A stretch of DNA of 64,000 bases from Sphyrna mokarran (lineage: Eukaryota): positions 55,180,001-55,244,000 of the forward strand of contig JAGIQG010000012.1 of NCBI GenBank assembly GCA_024679065.1. Reading direction: 5' to 3'. The position numbers were made by a program, and so were the translations under genes. The notes beneath the pieces were generated by a model, which searched no databases, was not told the DNA's origin, and saw nothing but the letters and a program-made list of their open reading frames with translations. Below, piece by piece: positions 12,241-25,089 of the stretch; the stretch's first letter is position 1, and the number at the start of each line of letters is the position of its first letter.

Positions 12241-12759
12241 GACCTTTCACTCTTGAATTTTGCAAACAATTTACATAAGAATCAATAAAACATAGTTCCT
12301 ACAAATACAGCTTTTACAGAGAACAATAGATATCTGGAAGAAAGATATAAGACTCTAACTTTATTAAGAGGTTTAGATGATACAAAAATTGAGAGTATTA
12401 CACAAACTATTCCTGAGTATCTGCAGAACCTTAAGATTAATTATAGGCACAAATGTATGTTTTTATTTATTTTTTGTGTTTATGTAGGTTAGCTTAAGGA
12501 CCATTTATAGTGTTTTTGTGTAATCTTTACGGCAGTGAGCAATCAACATGCTCCATGCCCTTGATGCATAAGACTGTTTATTGTGACATTGACAAAAGAG
12601 CGTTCATGACATAACAGCTCTCTTGAAATCCATTTCCGAACAGATCACATACTGCAGGCTATTAACAACTAACATTTGTTACCTTTATTTTCATCACCTT
12701 CCTTAGTGAATGAAAATTTTAATGCCCATATAAATAAAAACTGTTATTATACTTTTACA

Positions 12760-13990
12760 GAGGTTGGAGGGGGATGGCTTACAAAAGTGAAATTCTCCCT
12801 CATCTGCTCTAACCTCACTTCAAACACTCAGAGCTAGGAGTTTGTGGGTGTCAAATTCAGGTCTGTGATGTTGAAGCAGTGCATTCTCCCTGTGGGAGGC
12901 ACTGAGCCTCTAGCCACTTCTGCTGACAATGATGTTTAGGCAGGCATCTCCAGTATGACAGAAACCTGAAAACTCTTGGCAAAGCTCCCTACCAAGTTGC
13001 ATCCACACTCCTCCATGTTCCTTGACAGTGACAGGAGACTGTCTGGCAGTCCTGTCAATGTATCAAGCATCTTGGTGTGCATCCTCTTCAATGATCTTTT
13101 AAATGCCATCCCATATTGAAGCCTTCCATAGTCCTCTAATTATCTGTGACTTCGCCCTCCGGTGAGCTGGCACACAGACTATCCTTTTTTCTTGGCTTCA
13201 TTGCAGCCTACGCATGCCTGATGACTCACCATATGCAGAATTCAACTCTAGTTGCCTGTGGGGTATATGCTGTGTTAGTGTCTGAGCGGGTGGTTATAAA
13301 GAGACTCTTCATTGGCCTTATTATTCTCTTGCCTTTTTCTAGGTGTACTATCAGTACTAGGTCAGGCAGCAGTTTTTGGTGTGTGAAATCGGAAAGGGAA
13401 GATGGAGATGAGATGGAAAGCAAGAAGTCCATGGTCACATCATCTGTAGCTTGCTCATCATGTCAGTGAGCAGGATGAGGGTGAGTTTGGGGTGGGAAAG
13501 AGCATAAGTCAGGAATATCATCTTCAGTATTCTCAGTCTCTGTCACAACCGAACCCACAAAGTGAAGAACCATTTTTTCTTTAACACTCTGAATTTAGCC
13601 TCCACCAATTCTACAGGCTCTCTCCCCTAATGTGTGCCACCTTGGCCTGCGAGTCTAAGGGAAAAATGCCAATGATTGTACTATACTTTTGGATGATATG
13701 CCAGCAATAGTTGAGTAGCTGGTCGCATATGGAAGCAGCAGGGACTGGATGTGAGGTGGCAGCGTTATACAGTGTGTGAGATGGTGTGGGATGGAATATC
13801 TGGACATTAGGTTTGAACCTAACTGCTAATGGATGTGATGAGGATATGACACCTTGAGCGCATGAGAAGCTGTTAGCTGTGTGGGGTTAGACCAATTATG
13901 GCTCAAACACTCAAGGGAACGCTCCACTGAAAGCTAAGAATGAAGAAGAGCTCATCATAGACAGAGAAGCAGACTAACAACCACTGGAGG
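12760..13990 (-). mobile_element. Decayed Harbinger transposon, Myb/SANT-like gene remnant
   Basis: Minus strand ~13510-13650 reads AKVAHIR..(frameshift)..RIGGG..EKMVLHFVGSVVTETENTEDDIPD after an acceptor-like cag; resembles the KVAHNRRE..RTGGG segment of Harbinger Myb-like proteins. Confidence 0.6.
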
Positions 13991-14325
13991 AAACATCCTC
14001 GATTGAGAATCTATCTTTCATCCGAGATGGCTTTAATCTTGTACTCTGGAACTTCCTCCCTCAACCTCGACCTCTCCATTGTCAAAATCAATTCAAAACT
14101 GATTTCTTCAATCAAGCCTTTGGTAACTCCACCTAATCTTTCTCAAATATACTTGGGTATCATTATTGGCAGGCTTTTGATGAGTCTAAGCTATAAACTA
14201 GCAATTTACTGATGAGTTTACAAAACAGGAATGCCATAGCAACAGAAAAAATGTGATGAGACATTTTCCAATAACTCCAAGCATATTGATAAGGGCATTA
14301 GCAAGTGCACTTTCCATTCACAGTA

Positions 14326-14447
14326 TGATGTGGAAATTTGGCAATGGATTGGGGTGGGCACAGTAAGAAGTCTCACAATATTAGGTTAAAGACTATCTGG
14401 TTTATTTGGAATCATGTGCTTTTAGAGCTCTACTCCTTCATCAGGCG
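14326..14447 (-). mobile_element. Penelope-derived repeat with degenerate hammerhead
   Basis: cacagtaagaagtctcacaa...ccttcatcagg; minus strand CTGATGA aggagtagagctct AAAA (GAAA mutated). Confidence 0.75.
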
Positions 14448-15399
14448 GGTGCCTTCAGAGTGTGGCAGCCATGTGGCTTAATAAGAATGGAAGTTCCCAA
14501 ATGCATAACAAGGTGATTATTCCAGATACATGTTATTTTGTCGGATGACCAAATAATTTATATTTTCAAGGAGCAAAAAAAAATATTGACCAGTGGAATT
14601 CCAAGCTTACTCAATATTAAGAACTGGATAATTCAACCAAACATTGCTCAGGTCATTTTTCTTCATTCATATACCAGACAAAATGCTGCCATAAGGGTTC
14701 ATCATTTACAGAGAGACAAATGCACTATTATGAACCTACACTTTGTTACAATGAATTGTTTATAATTGTGTCACAGAATGTCAGGCAGCTCCCATTAATC
14801 TGACAAAGACTTCTTGTACATGATTGCAAGACATCAGTGACATATTTTGACTTAGCTAGTAGGTGCCCTGTAGTGTAGTTAATGGGCAGACTTTTTGTTC
14901 AGTAAGTATAATACTACATTTATAATGCATATTAAATATTAAAACTCATCTGTGGTTACTTCATGCTTGTACAACTTATTTTGCCACATGTTTTGATATT
15001 TTTCTTTCATTATAAATTCTTTTGTACACCCAGTAGTTATGGGTTCCCTATGTAAATTCCCATGTGCAAAATATCCACAATCTAGTCACCATAGCATAAT
15101 TAAAATTAATCAGCTCATTTTTTAATGCCTTCAGTGAAGTTGCTCTCCCAAAAGCATGGGCTGGGAGTTAATATTTTTGCACAGAGCTTGATTCTGAGCG
15201 GGTTTGTGCATTGTATTAATTCTTTTTAGGATGCATCTGAACTCTTTATCAATAGGAGTATTTTTCTTCAACTTCTGTTCAATTCATTAAAAGAAAAGAC
15301 AATATTGAAAAGCTCAAGTGAGGCACAGTTTATATTGAAAGTTTTTTTTTAAGAGAGACTGTGTCCATGTATGCCTGGGTGAGTTTTCACATATACAAA

Positions 15400-15955
15400 G
15401 AGTAATCAAAAAAGTTAAAGAAACGTTCTATCTCAAGAGGGTTGGAATACAAAAGAAAAGAAGTTGTACTTCAACTGTGTTGAGGTTATGCCAAAGCCCA
15501 TCTTGAATACGGCATTAATCTTTGGGCGCTATTCTTCAGAAAAAATATATTGCTTTTACAGCTTAGATTTATTAACATTTGTACCAGGGCTGAAGAGGTA
15601 ATATTCATGTTAGTTTTGTAAGCTGATAGGTGAATTATTTGAGAAATTTAAAATGATAAATGATTTCCTGGAGTAAGATACAAGGTTACTTCCCTTGGTG
15701 CGCAATTCCAAAATAAGGGAAGATCATGTTAAAATTAGAACAAGGCTATTTAAGGAGTGAAATCAGCAAGTATCTTTTCATCTGAAAGTACTGAAAATAT
15801 GTGGAAGCTGTGGATGCAACATCAATTGAAATTTACAAGATTAAGAGTATTAGATAATGGTATCAAGGGATATGAGTCTAGGTGGGTAAATGGAACGGAG
15901 GTACAGATTAACCATGATCTAATTAAATGGTGGAACAGGCTCGATGTCTCCTGTT
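15400..15955 (+). mobile_element. CR1 LINE 3' fragment (old)
   Basis: gaggggttggaatacaaaag-like segment and ccatgatctaattaaatggtggaacaggctcga tail. Confidence 0.7.
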
Positions 15956-16019
15956 TCCAGGAAAGAAAGAAAACAATGACTATTTAACTACAAAATTATA
16001 GCTTTCTTAAACTGTACAT

Positions 16020-16380
16020 TTATATTATGCAGGCACGGAGGAGACTGAAAGGGTTTGAAAGAAAGAGAACATATTGAGACACAGAATTTGTGAACTAGGA
16101 CGTGAAAGAAAAGGGGAGCGAGGGGAGTGAGAAAGATGTGTGAAAGAGAAAGGGGTGGAAAAGGCACAATGGGACAGAGTTAGTGGATGCCAGGTTCAGG
16201 GAGTAGGCAATATTGTAAAGAGGTCATTGAGCATCCAGTTGTTAGATAGATATATTGAAAAAAGGAGTTTGTATAGTAAAGAGGAAGTAGCAGATGAATG
16301 CATAGAACGTTCAATTAGAGCAAGGAATTGAGCATACGAGTAAAGCAATAGGGAGATGAGGTGGGAAAGAAGCAGCCACA
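16020..16380 (-). mobile_element. Probable L2 fragment
   Basis: Purine-rich segment resembling antisense L2 ORF2; heavily decayed. Confidence 0.4.
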
Positions 16381-17328
16381 GCATTACTGCAAAACCAGGC
16401 ACAAAGACAATTTGTAACCAATTCTCTACCACTCTGACGAGGGCAGTTTGTGTCATACTTTGGTATCAATTTTTTCTAATTCGCTTACATGCATAATGGC
16501 AGCTTAGAAATTTTCACATAATTATACACTGCCTCCAATGTTAACTCCCTCAGCTTTTTCCTTACTCTGTATGGCAGAGAACCCCCTATGCTACAAGCAA
16601 GAACCACATTTTTGTTCAACAAAATGCCATACATTTTTTCTATTTAACTATACTATTTTTAAAAACACTTTTAAGCTTTACAGTAAAGGACACAATATAT
16701 TACTTTAAAATGTGAATTGAATTAAGATTGTAAGACCTCAACTAGTTTATCCTACCCATTAACTCTACTTCATGCCACAAGTAATATAAACCAAATTTAC
16801 AACTCTAGTAACACACTTTGGGATATAATAGTTAAATGAGTTAAGAGAAAATGCAGGAAAGAGACACAAAATTAACAGTCTTATAACTGTTGCTGACCAA
16901 CGAGATTGTTAAAACGTGACACAAAACAGTTTTGTTCATATATAAATCCTGGATTATTTTATATGAATATTTTGAAACATTTATGCTTTAAAAGTGATGC
17001 CAAACGCTGTGTGATAACATCATAAAACATATTCTTAAAATGATTGCAGTTCAGTACCAATATTCGTGTCTTCATGTTCATTTTTTCAATATGCTTGACC
17101 ACAAAGACTCTTGAAGACAAAACAAAGGATAAATTTTGTAAATTTTTATTTTTGGATCTCCATTTGGATCAACAACTTGGCTAAAAAATGTTTAAAAGAA
17201 ATGCCAATATGACTCTATACGGTAACTGTGTGAACTTTCAGTTTTCCTCGTCCTGCAAACAATTTTCAAGCACACGCTTAATAAATAAATTTGGTCTCTG
17301 CAATCCCAATCAGGTCTTCAAAATCCCT

Positions 17329-17492
17329 NNNNNNNNNNNNNNNNNNNNNNNNNNNNNNNNNNNNNNNNNNNNNNNNNNNNNNNNNNNNNNNNNNNNNNNN
17401 NNNNNNNNNNNNNNNNNNNNNNNNNNNNNNNNNNNNNNNNNNNNNNNNNNNNNNNNNNNNNNNNNNNNNNNNNNNNNNNNNNNNNNNNNNNN
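17329..17492. other. Assembly gap (164 N)
   Basis: Run of N; ORFs spanning it are artefacts. Confidence 1.
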
Positions 17493-18514
17493 TCTGTATG
17501 TGTGGCTGGTAATAAAAATCTTAACGATTAGAACCTTTATGTACTTAGGGAGCATTTTATAGTAATAGCTACTGTGAGGGCCGTGATGTACAGGAATGAC
17601 GACAATAGATTTAACATTGGGGCACGCAACCCGTAAACAAGCATACCCCCTTTACAGAGCCTTATCTGATCTGAATTATAATTAACACTGGACAACGTAC
17701 ACATCTTTTGCTCAAAGCTATGTTTTGAAACAAAACAAGATGGACATCATCTAAACAAATATCATTCATTCACACTTAAGATGCAGTCTCTCCCTGCCTC
17801 CACTCCACCACCCCTCCGCCACCCACACCTCCACCTGCTAACCCCACAAAAAATAAGCTACTTCAACAGAGAATTTCAAAGCTAGATAATCATGAAAAGT
17901 CCATATGTTACAATGATACCATAAATTATGTTAAAACGTATGCTGAGCCACAAAGGGGCTCCAAAAATAGGCTGGAAACTGCTCTGGCTGCCTGGAAACA
18001 AATTGCCCAAATTTCAGCATGAGAAAACAGTGTTCTTGACATACATTTTCCAGTGGTTACAGCAGTCTTGAGCTGAAGCTACACAGATGATCAATGATAC
18101 AATATAACCTTTAATTTGTCAGCTGTTATGGTATGAGAAATACTTTGCCAAAGTTACCAACATCTGCTAATAAGGGTAGTGCAAGGGAACTGTAAGGTTT
18201 ATATTAAAATAAGAGGGGTAAAAAGCTCACCTGAAAGATGGTGTGCCCACCAGTTCTGGCCAGTGGCTAGACAGAAGCTAAGGCAATTTGGCAGACTCAA
18301 TCACAAACTCTTACCTTGGGGAATCTTAGATGTTCAACTTCATGGCATTTAAAAGCAAATATGTCTTGTAATGTTTGTTGCTTGGCCAAAAATTCCAAAG
18401 CCAATGATTTGACATTTTTGAAAGAAAATACTTGCATTTCTCTACCACCTTTCATCCTCAATGCCTTACAGTCAATTAATGCTTTTGAAGTGAAATCACC
18501 GTTGCGGTGTAGGG

Positions 18515-19175
18515 ACATTTAACAGCTAATTTTCGTGTAGCAAGGTCCCTCAAACAGCAATAAGATTAATTAACAAGCGATCTATCTTAGTAATATTAGC
18601 ACCATAAAATAGGCCATTTGGCTCAACAGGCCCATGCCCATATTTATGTTGTATACTGTAATTTCCTCCAACTCTTCACCTAATTCCCTCTATATATCCC
18701 CGCATATGTTTATCCAGCTTCCTTTTAAAGGCATCTATGCACAACTATTCTAAGCGTTTCACAATCAAATGACTCTCTGGGTAAAGAAATTTCTCCTGAA
18801 TTACCTATTAGATTTACTAGTGGCTATCTAGTCCTTAATTTTTGTCTTGCCTACAAGTTGAAATATCTTCTCTGCATGCATCCCATCAAATCCTTTCATC
18901 ATTTTTAAGAATTGTATCAGATCTCTCCTCACTAGAGAGGAGGTACAATCTATTCAATTTTTTCTGAAAGGCATATTCTCTCAATTCTGGCTGAGCGATA
19001 ATTAATTGGTCAGGACACTAGCAGAACTCTTAAATAGTGGCACAGGATCTTTTATGCATAGAAGTGAGCAGGCAGATCCTTGGTTTAATGTCTCATCTGA
19101 AATATGTTATCTCTGATCATTTTCTCAGTGCTGAGCTGAATGGCCAACCTAGACTATGTGTTCAAGTCTCTACAA
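18515..19175 (-). mobile_element. DeuSINE (SacSINE1-like), interrupted by a minus-strand CR1 tail at ~18600-18990
   Basis: caaggtccctcaaacagcaat...; ggatcttttatgc...ggtttaatgtctcatctgaaa matches the antisense Deu domain. Confidence 0.65.
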
Positions 19176-19179
19176 TCAG

Positions 19180-20480
19180 ATGTAAAAAAGGTACTATAAG
19201 AAAAATTACACAGAAATGCACGAAAAAGCACAGATCCTTGTGAATGGGAAAGCTACAAAGAACAACAGACTGACAAAACAGATAATACGAGCTACAAAAG
19301 GGGAGCACGAAAATAAGTTTGCAAGGAATTATCAAATCAACCAAAATATTTTTGCAATTGTCTTGCACACTCAAGTCCAGGTCTTTATTATAATAATAGA
19401 TTTTTAAAAAATTGTGTTCCTTTACTGATATTGGGAAACACCAGTGTCTGCCGACCTTCCTCCAGTCTGAAAAACACATTTCTGTCATTCACTTAATTTA
19501 ATGTCGAAAATATTACCAAAACAACAGTAATAAAGAAAATAATTGTATGAAAAGTGAGAAATCCCCAAGATCAATAGCTTCCTTAACCAGATTATAAAAT
19601 AAGGAGAAACATTGTATAAGTCTTAACCATGATGATCCGAAGATCTCGACTTGGGCACTGTTCTTTCAGACTGGAAAATTGTAATGAGTATGTCATGCCT
19701 GATAAAGCTGATTGAATTTTTTTGAAGAGGTGGTTGAAGTAGTGGACATACCTACAGATGTTATTTATATGGGCTTTAAGTAGGCATTTGATAAAATGCT
19801 TCATAGCTAAAGTTGAAGACAAACTATTGAACTGGTTAGAAAATGGAATGGCTGGAGATAGTCGGGATAAAGAGCAGGTACATCAGCTGGCAAGATATAT
19901 AGCAAGGATCTACATTGGGCTTAACTATTCACCACATTTCTTAACAACTTAGCCACTGGGGTAGAAAGCCATGTATCCCAAATTTGCCAATGACACAAAA
20001 AAAAGTCTGCATTGTAAGCAGTGTAGAAAAATAATAAAATCATAAAATGTACTGTTAGATTAAGTGAATGGACAAAACTGTGACAAATGAATTTTAATGT
20101 AAGTAAATGTGAGATCATCCAATTTGACCCTAAACAGGATAAAAGAGGTATTTTCTGAATGGTGAAAAACGTTGGAAGCAGTGGAGGACCAAGCTGATTT
20201 GTAGGTCTGGGTTCATGGATCATTAAAATGTCATGAAAAGGTACAGCAAATAATCAAAAAGGCAAATAATCAAAAAAAAATCTAGATCTTTATATCTAGA
20301 GGATTAGAACACAAGAGGGTAAAAGCCCTGTTTCAATTATATTAAGCCTTGGTAGAACTTAACCAGGAGCACCAAAAGCAGTTCTGGGCACCTCACCTTA
20401 CCAAGAAAATGTTGGTGTGCATGCAGTGTAGGTTTACTAGACTGAAAGCTAGACTCCAAGATTAAATTACAAGAAAAGGT
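19180..20480 (+). mobile_element. CR1 LINE ORF2 fragments
   Basis: aaatttgccaatgacacaaaa (KFANDTK), tttaatgtaagtaaatgtgagatcatccaatttg (FNVSKCEIIQF); many deletions. Confidence 0.75.
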
Positions 20481-20894
20481 ATGCTGAAATTTGCACGGTT
20501 ACGCTGTTAGAACTCCTGTTCAGGCCATTAACATTTAGAGATAAATTCAAATTCCTGGTGGCCAATTGACAGATATTAAGCCCATAAGATTTCACAATCT
20601 TTAAAATAAAAACAAATATTCCCATTTATAAAACAAAATTAAAGAAACTAAGTACTACTAGCCGAACACTGTCTTAGGAATTATTCATGCTTCACTTTGA
20701 AAAGCAAAATAATACACAACCAAAGCTATTTCAGACTAAAATTCTTAACTCAATCTTCCGATGCACCTGCTGCCATTGCCCACTCAGGGAGGTCATAGAA
20801 ATGGAAGGTGCTTGGTGAGCTGCTGCAGTGCATCTTGTAAATGAGACACACTGCTGGTGGATAGGCTTTGGGCAGTCAGAATGTCACAAGATCA

Positions 20895-21235
20895 TAACAA
20901 ATAAGAGCAGGAATAAGCCACTCAGCCCCTTGAGTCCTCTGTGCCATCTGTGGCCTTAACTCTACTTTCCTGATTCATCTACACAATCCTTGACTAATTT
21001 GTCAAGCAAAAATTTTTCACTTAGCCTTGAATATTTTCAATGATAGACCCTTCATTGCTTTTTATGGAAGAGAATTCAAAGACAAATGATCCCATGCTAT
21101 CATCAAAAAAAAAAAACATCCTCCTTATCTCTGGTGTCTTAATGGGAGACCCCTTATTTTTAAACTGTACCCACTAATTCTGGACTCCACCATGAAGGCA
21201 AACATCCTCCCAGAGTCCAAGCTTCAAATCCCTTC
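20895..21235 (-). mobile_element. CR1 3' tail
   Basis: cataacaaataagagcaggaataagccactcagccccttgag is an antisense CR1 3' end. Confidence 0.75.
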
Positions 21236-21239
21236 AGGA

Positions 21240-21598
21240 ATAATTAATCTGGAATAAAAGGCCATATTCATTAATAATGATTAACAAACTACTGGATTAT
21301 TATAAAATCCCATCCGGTTCACTAATGTCGTACGGGGAGGAAATTTGCCATCCCGTTCTCGTTTGGCCTTCACATAACTCCAGATTCACCACAATATGAC
21401 TGACTCCTCACTGTCCACTGAAATGGTTCAGCAAGTCACAGTACCAAATTTTTACAGAAAAAAGCACCATATGTCTGTCTATCTGTACCACACAGGCTAG
21501 AATACTTCATAATGGCAACTCTTCTCAGGGGCAATTGGGATGTGCAATAAATAGTAGCCTTGCCAGTAATTCTACTGCCAAGGATGAATAAAAAAAAA
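21240..21598 (+). mobile_element. LF-SINE-like element (5'-truncated)
   Basis: ggttcactaatgtc..ggaaatttgccatcc..actccaga..ctgaaatgg body and ggcaattgggatgtgcaataaat..gccttgccag..gaataaaaaaaa tail. Confidence 0.65.
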
Positions 21599-21599
21599 G

Positions 21600-22575
21600 C
21601 CCAGGCAACATCTGTGGAGAGAGAAACAGAATTAATGGGCACGGTCTACCGGCCGTGTTTGCTATGACTGGAAATTCCGCTATGACCACTAAATCTCAGA
21701 CAAGTGCCAAAGCAGGATTTGTGCTAGCAGGATCTTGGTTTAATACCTTCTCCACACCCTGCTGGTGGCGTGATTGAGCATGAACCTGACTTCCATACAT
21801 TAAATATATTTAAATATAATTAATGGGTTTACACTATAGCGTCTGCCCACAATATATCCCTTCCTCCACCAATCCCACCCCTCAGCATTTTCAAAAGTAA
21901 AAAAAACAGTCGCAATTATTAACCTAGGGGCTCAGAGATGCCTAGAAGCCCTGGGACAAGGGCTTGAGGGACAAGGATGGGGATTGCCCTGGCAGGTGGG
22001 AGTGGTCACCCTCCTCCATGTGGTTTTGCTACTGCGTCTTGAGATGGGGGGAGGGGTGAAGTGCCCGATGCCTGCGAGGGTTTGGGGGATGGGTAGGGAA
22101 TGATGGATTCGGAGGGGGAGAATGCCCCTGATATTTCTGTGGTTTGGGGGATGGGGGGTGTGGACTGGCTCCAATGTTGGTGGGTTTGTGGGAGTGAGCC
22201 TATATGTCAGTAAGGGGCGTGGGGGAAGTACTTTTTAAATGCTTCCTTTAGACATGGCTTTCTGATGTCTGTGGAGCCAGCTCACTGGAGTGAGTGACAG
22301 AGCGACACTGGCCCCACCTCACCAGAATGACACTGCCATACCCCCAGAGTATCTGTGCACTAAGTAGCAGAAAATCTGGTCTGAAAATTCAGCTATGTTT
22401 CTGGGGAGAAACTTGCTCATTTTCGATCAGGGCCTGACACTGACGAATTCTGGGAAAATTCCACCGAATGTTTCAGGTCGTTGATTTCTGATGAAAGATT
22501 ATCAGCCTGAAGCATGAACTCCTTTTCTCTCTCCATGGATACCTTTGAGTATTTTGAACATTTCAGATTTGTTGT
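21600..22575. mobile_element. Inverted pair of Penelope 3' ends (second PLE family), interrupted by a MITE
   Basis: gcaacatctgtggagagagaaacagaattaat [insert] gtttcaggtc, then tctgatgaaag..cctgaagcatgaactccttttctctctccatggat. Confidence 0.65.
21637..22466. mobile_element. PIF/Harbinger-type MITE
   Basis: Starts gggc, ends ggaaaattccaccg; 3-bp TSD aat at 21634-21636 and 22467-22469; host PLE sequence resumes on the far side. Confidence 0.7.
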
Positions 22576-23225
22576 AATCTTCTTCTTTAACAACGTTTGC
22601 CATACTTTGTTGATAGTCTCTTCCATAAAACAACAATTGAGACAAAAATAATCTTTTCATCCACAGATTAATTTTTTACTTCTTTCTGTGAGCTCTACAC
22701 TCAAGCTATTTCTTGCATTTTTTACTTTTCTACAAATCTAAATTATGCCCCTAATTCAATTGCATTTTCTTCTGTGAAGATTAGTTGGGTGCTATGAACC
22801 AATCATCAGGGTACAGAATACAAAGTTTTCTTCTCTTAAGGAGAGCTTGCCGAATTACATGCCATTTAAGCATTCAACTGGACTGTGGTGGACATTCCCC
22901 AGGATCACAGGCCCTAGAAATGGAAGTTCTGCTCACTGAGATTATTGCTCAGTGGTCAATTAGAGACTGGAAGCTCTGCTGGAAGCAGCCATGACCTCTG
23001 CAGTGCCATCGCAGAGGTCATGGCTGCTATTGGTTCGAAATACGGCATAGATCATCACTGAAACTCAGGCCAGAGGCGGGGAAGTGTTACAAGGAAGGGG
23101 ACAGGAGTGTTGAAGGCAAAGGTGAGTGGGACGGAGTGTTTGCTGCGAGCCACACCTTTCCATAGATCACGGGTTGCCTTTGATTGACAGACCTGCCCCA
23201 CTATGAACCCTTTAAACAATTCTAA

Positions 23226-23520
23226 ACAGTGGCACAGTGGTTAGCACTACTGTTTCACAGCATCAGAGACCCAGATTCAATTCTGGCCTTGGGCCACTGT
23301 CTGTGTGGAGTTTGCACGTTGTCCCCATTTCAGCTCTGGTTTCCTCCCACAGTCAAAGATGTGTGGGTTAGATTGATTGGCCATGCTAAATTAACTACAG
23401 TGTCAAGGGAATTAGCAGAGTAATTGTGAGGGGTGATGGGAATGGGAGGCCTGGGTGGGATTGTAATTGCTGAGACTTGATGGGCCGAATGACCTCTTTC
23501 TGCACTGTAGGGATTCTATG
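23226..23520 (+). mobile_element. HE1-type tRNA-derived V-SINE
   Basis: A box TGGCACAGTGG, B box-like GATTCAATTC, V domain tgtgtggagtttgcacgtt, CR1-derived tail gatgggccgaatgacctctttctgcactgtagggattctatg. Confidence 0.9.
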
Positions 23521-23639
23521 GTCAGTCTATTCTCAATTATCAGCAAGTGATGAAAGGTGTCATTGACAGTGCTACCACGCGGCACTTACACTGAGTTTCA
23601 GTTTTGCCAAGGTCTATGCTCCTGACCTCACTGTAGTCT

Positions 23640-24795
23640 TGGTCTAAATGTAGACAAAAGAGCGGAATTCCTGAAATGAGACCAAAGTGACTGCATTTGA
23701 CAGCAAACATTTGGTTAAGTGCGGGATTAATGAGCCTTGCAAAATTGAAGTGAATGAGAATCTGGGATAAACTTCCCACTGGCTGGACTCAGATCTTGCA
23801 AAAAGAAAATGGCCATGATGGTTGGAAGTCAATCAACACGGACCCCGGGCATTGCTGCAGGTATTCCTCAGAATAGAGTCCGAGAGCTAACTATCTTCAG
23901 CTGCTTTCTCAGATGACCTTTGCTCCGTACAACGTCAAAAATTGAGATGTTTGCTGACAACTGCATGGTGTTTGGTATCATTCGTAACTCCTCAGGTAAT
24001 GATGCAATATCTGTCCATGTGCAGCAAGATCTGCGTAACGTTCAGGTTTGGGCTGATAAGTGGCAAGTAATATCTGTAACTCATAAGTGCCATGCAATGA
24101 TCATCGCTATTAAGACAGAATCTAACATTTCCCTTTGACATTCAACAGCATTAGCGCTGAATTCCTCATCATCAACATTCTGGGGATAATTATTGACCAG
24201 AAATGTAATCATTGTAGCCATAAAAATACCATGGCCACAATGATAGGTTAAAGACTGGGGATTCTGTGGTGAATAATTTACATCCTGACTCTCCAAAGCT
24301 GGACTACCATCTAGTCAGGGTGGGTGAAATACTCTCCATTTGTGTGTACTAAGTGTACTTAGGAATCTCAACATTGTTCAGGAAAAGCAGCCAGAGGCTG
24401 TCCATTCACAAACTTAAAACATTTACTTCCTTTGTTACCAGCACACATGTGTACCATCTACAACATTCACTATAACAACTTGCCAAGACTCATAACACCA
24501 CTTCCAAACCTGAAACTTCTATCATCTTGAAAGATGAGGACAACAAACATATGGAAACACCACCATCTGCAAGTTCCCTCCAAGAACTACACACCATTCT
24601 AACTATAGTTGTCATTCCTTCACAATTACTGAGTCAAAAACTTGGAATTCTCTCCAAGTAGCACTGAGGTCAACCTAGAGAAGGTGGACATCAGCAGTTC
24701 AAGAACATGACTCACCACCATCTTCTCAAGAGCAATTAAAGATGGGCAAATGCTGGCCTTGCCAGTGATGCTCACATCCCATGATGGAACAAAAA
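23640..24795 (+). mobile_element. CR1-clade LINE 3' fragment sharing its tail with LF-SINE-like elements
   Basis: MFADNC..QQDLRNVQVWADKWQV..KC RT remnant (ORF 23920-24138); tail caccatcttctcaagagcaattaaagatgggcaaatgctggccttgccagtgatgctcacatccc. Confidence 0.8.
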
Positions 24796-25089
24796 TCCTG
24801 ATGGAAATTCCTTTAACAAATTACTTCAGCAGAAATAAAGAAAACATTTCTAATGGAACAGAAAAGCGCTAACATTTTAAAATGATATTATTTCCTATCA
24901 AACAATCTGCAACTAAAAAGAAAATATTTTCAGGAAATACAGAAGACATTAAAAGAAAAGCAAATATTTGAGCTGCATTTTATAAATGCACAAAGTTGAA
25001 GCACCTGCTATTTTTTAAACTGCCATAGAGATTCCATAAATAATTTTACTTTAAATGTACTTTAAATACAATGCGTATGTGACACTGGA

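Noticed and set aside
17188-17562. ORFs of 73-124 aa
   Set aside because: They are open only because they span the N gap
18226-18518. Minus-strand ORF ending near donor-like sites (AAG/GTAAG at ~18310, CAG/GTGAG at ~18226)
   Set aside because: No convincing acceptor and no recognisable protein; such motifs are common by chance
23226-23300. tRNA-like A/B boxes (also at 38880-38958)
   Set aside because: Heads of HE1 SINEs, continuous with V domain and LINE tail; no cloverleaf
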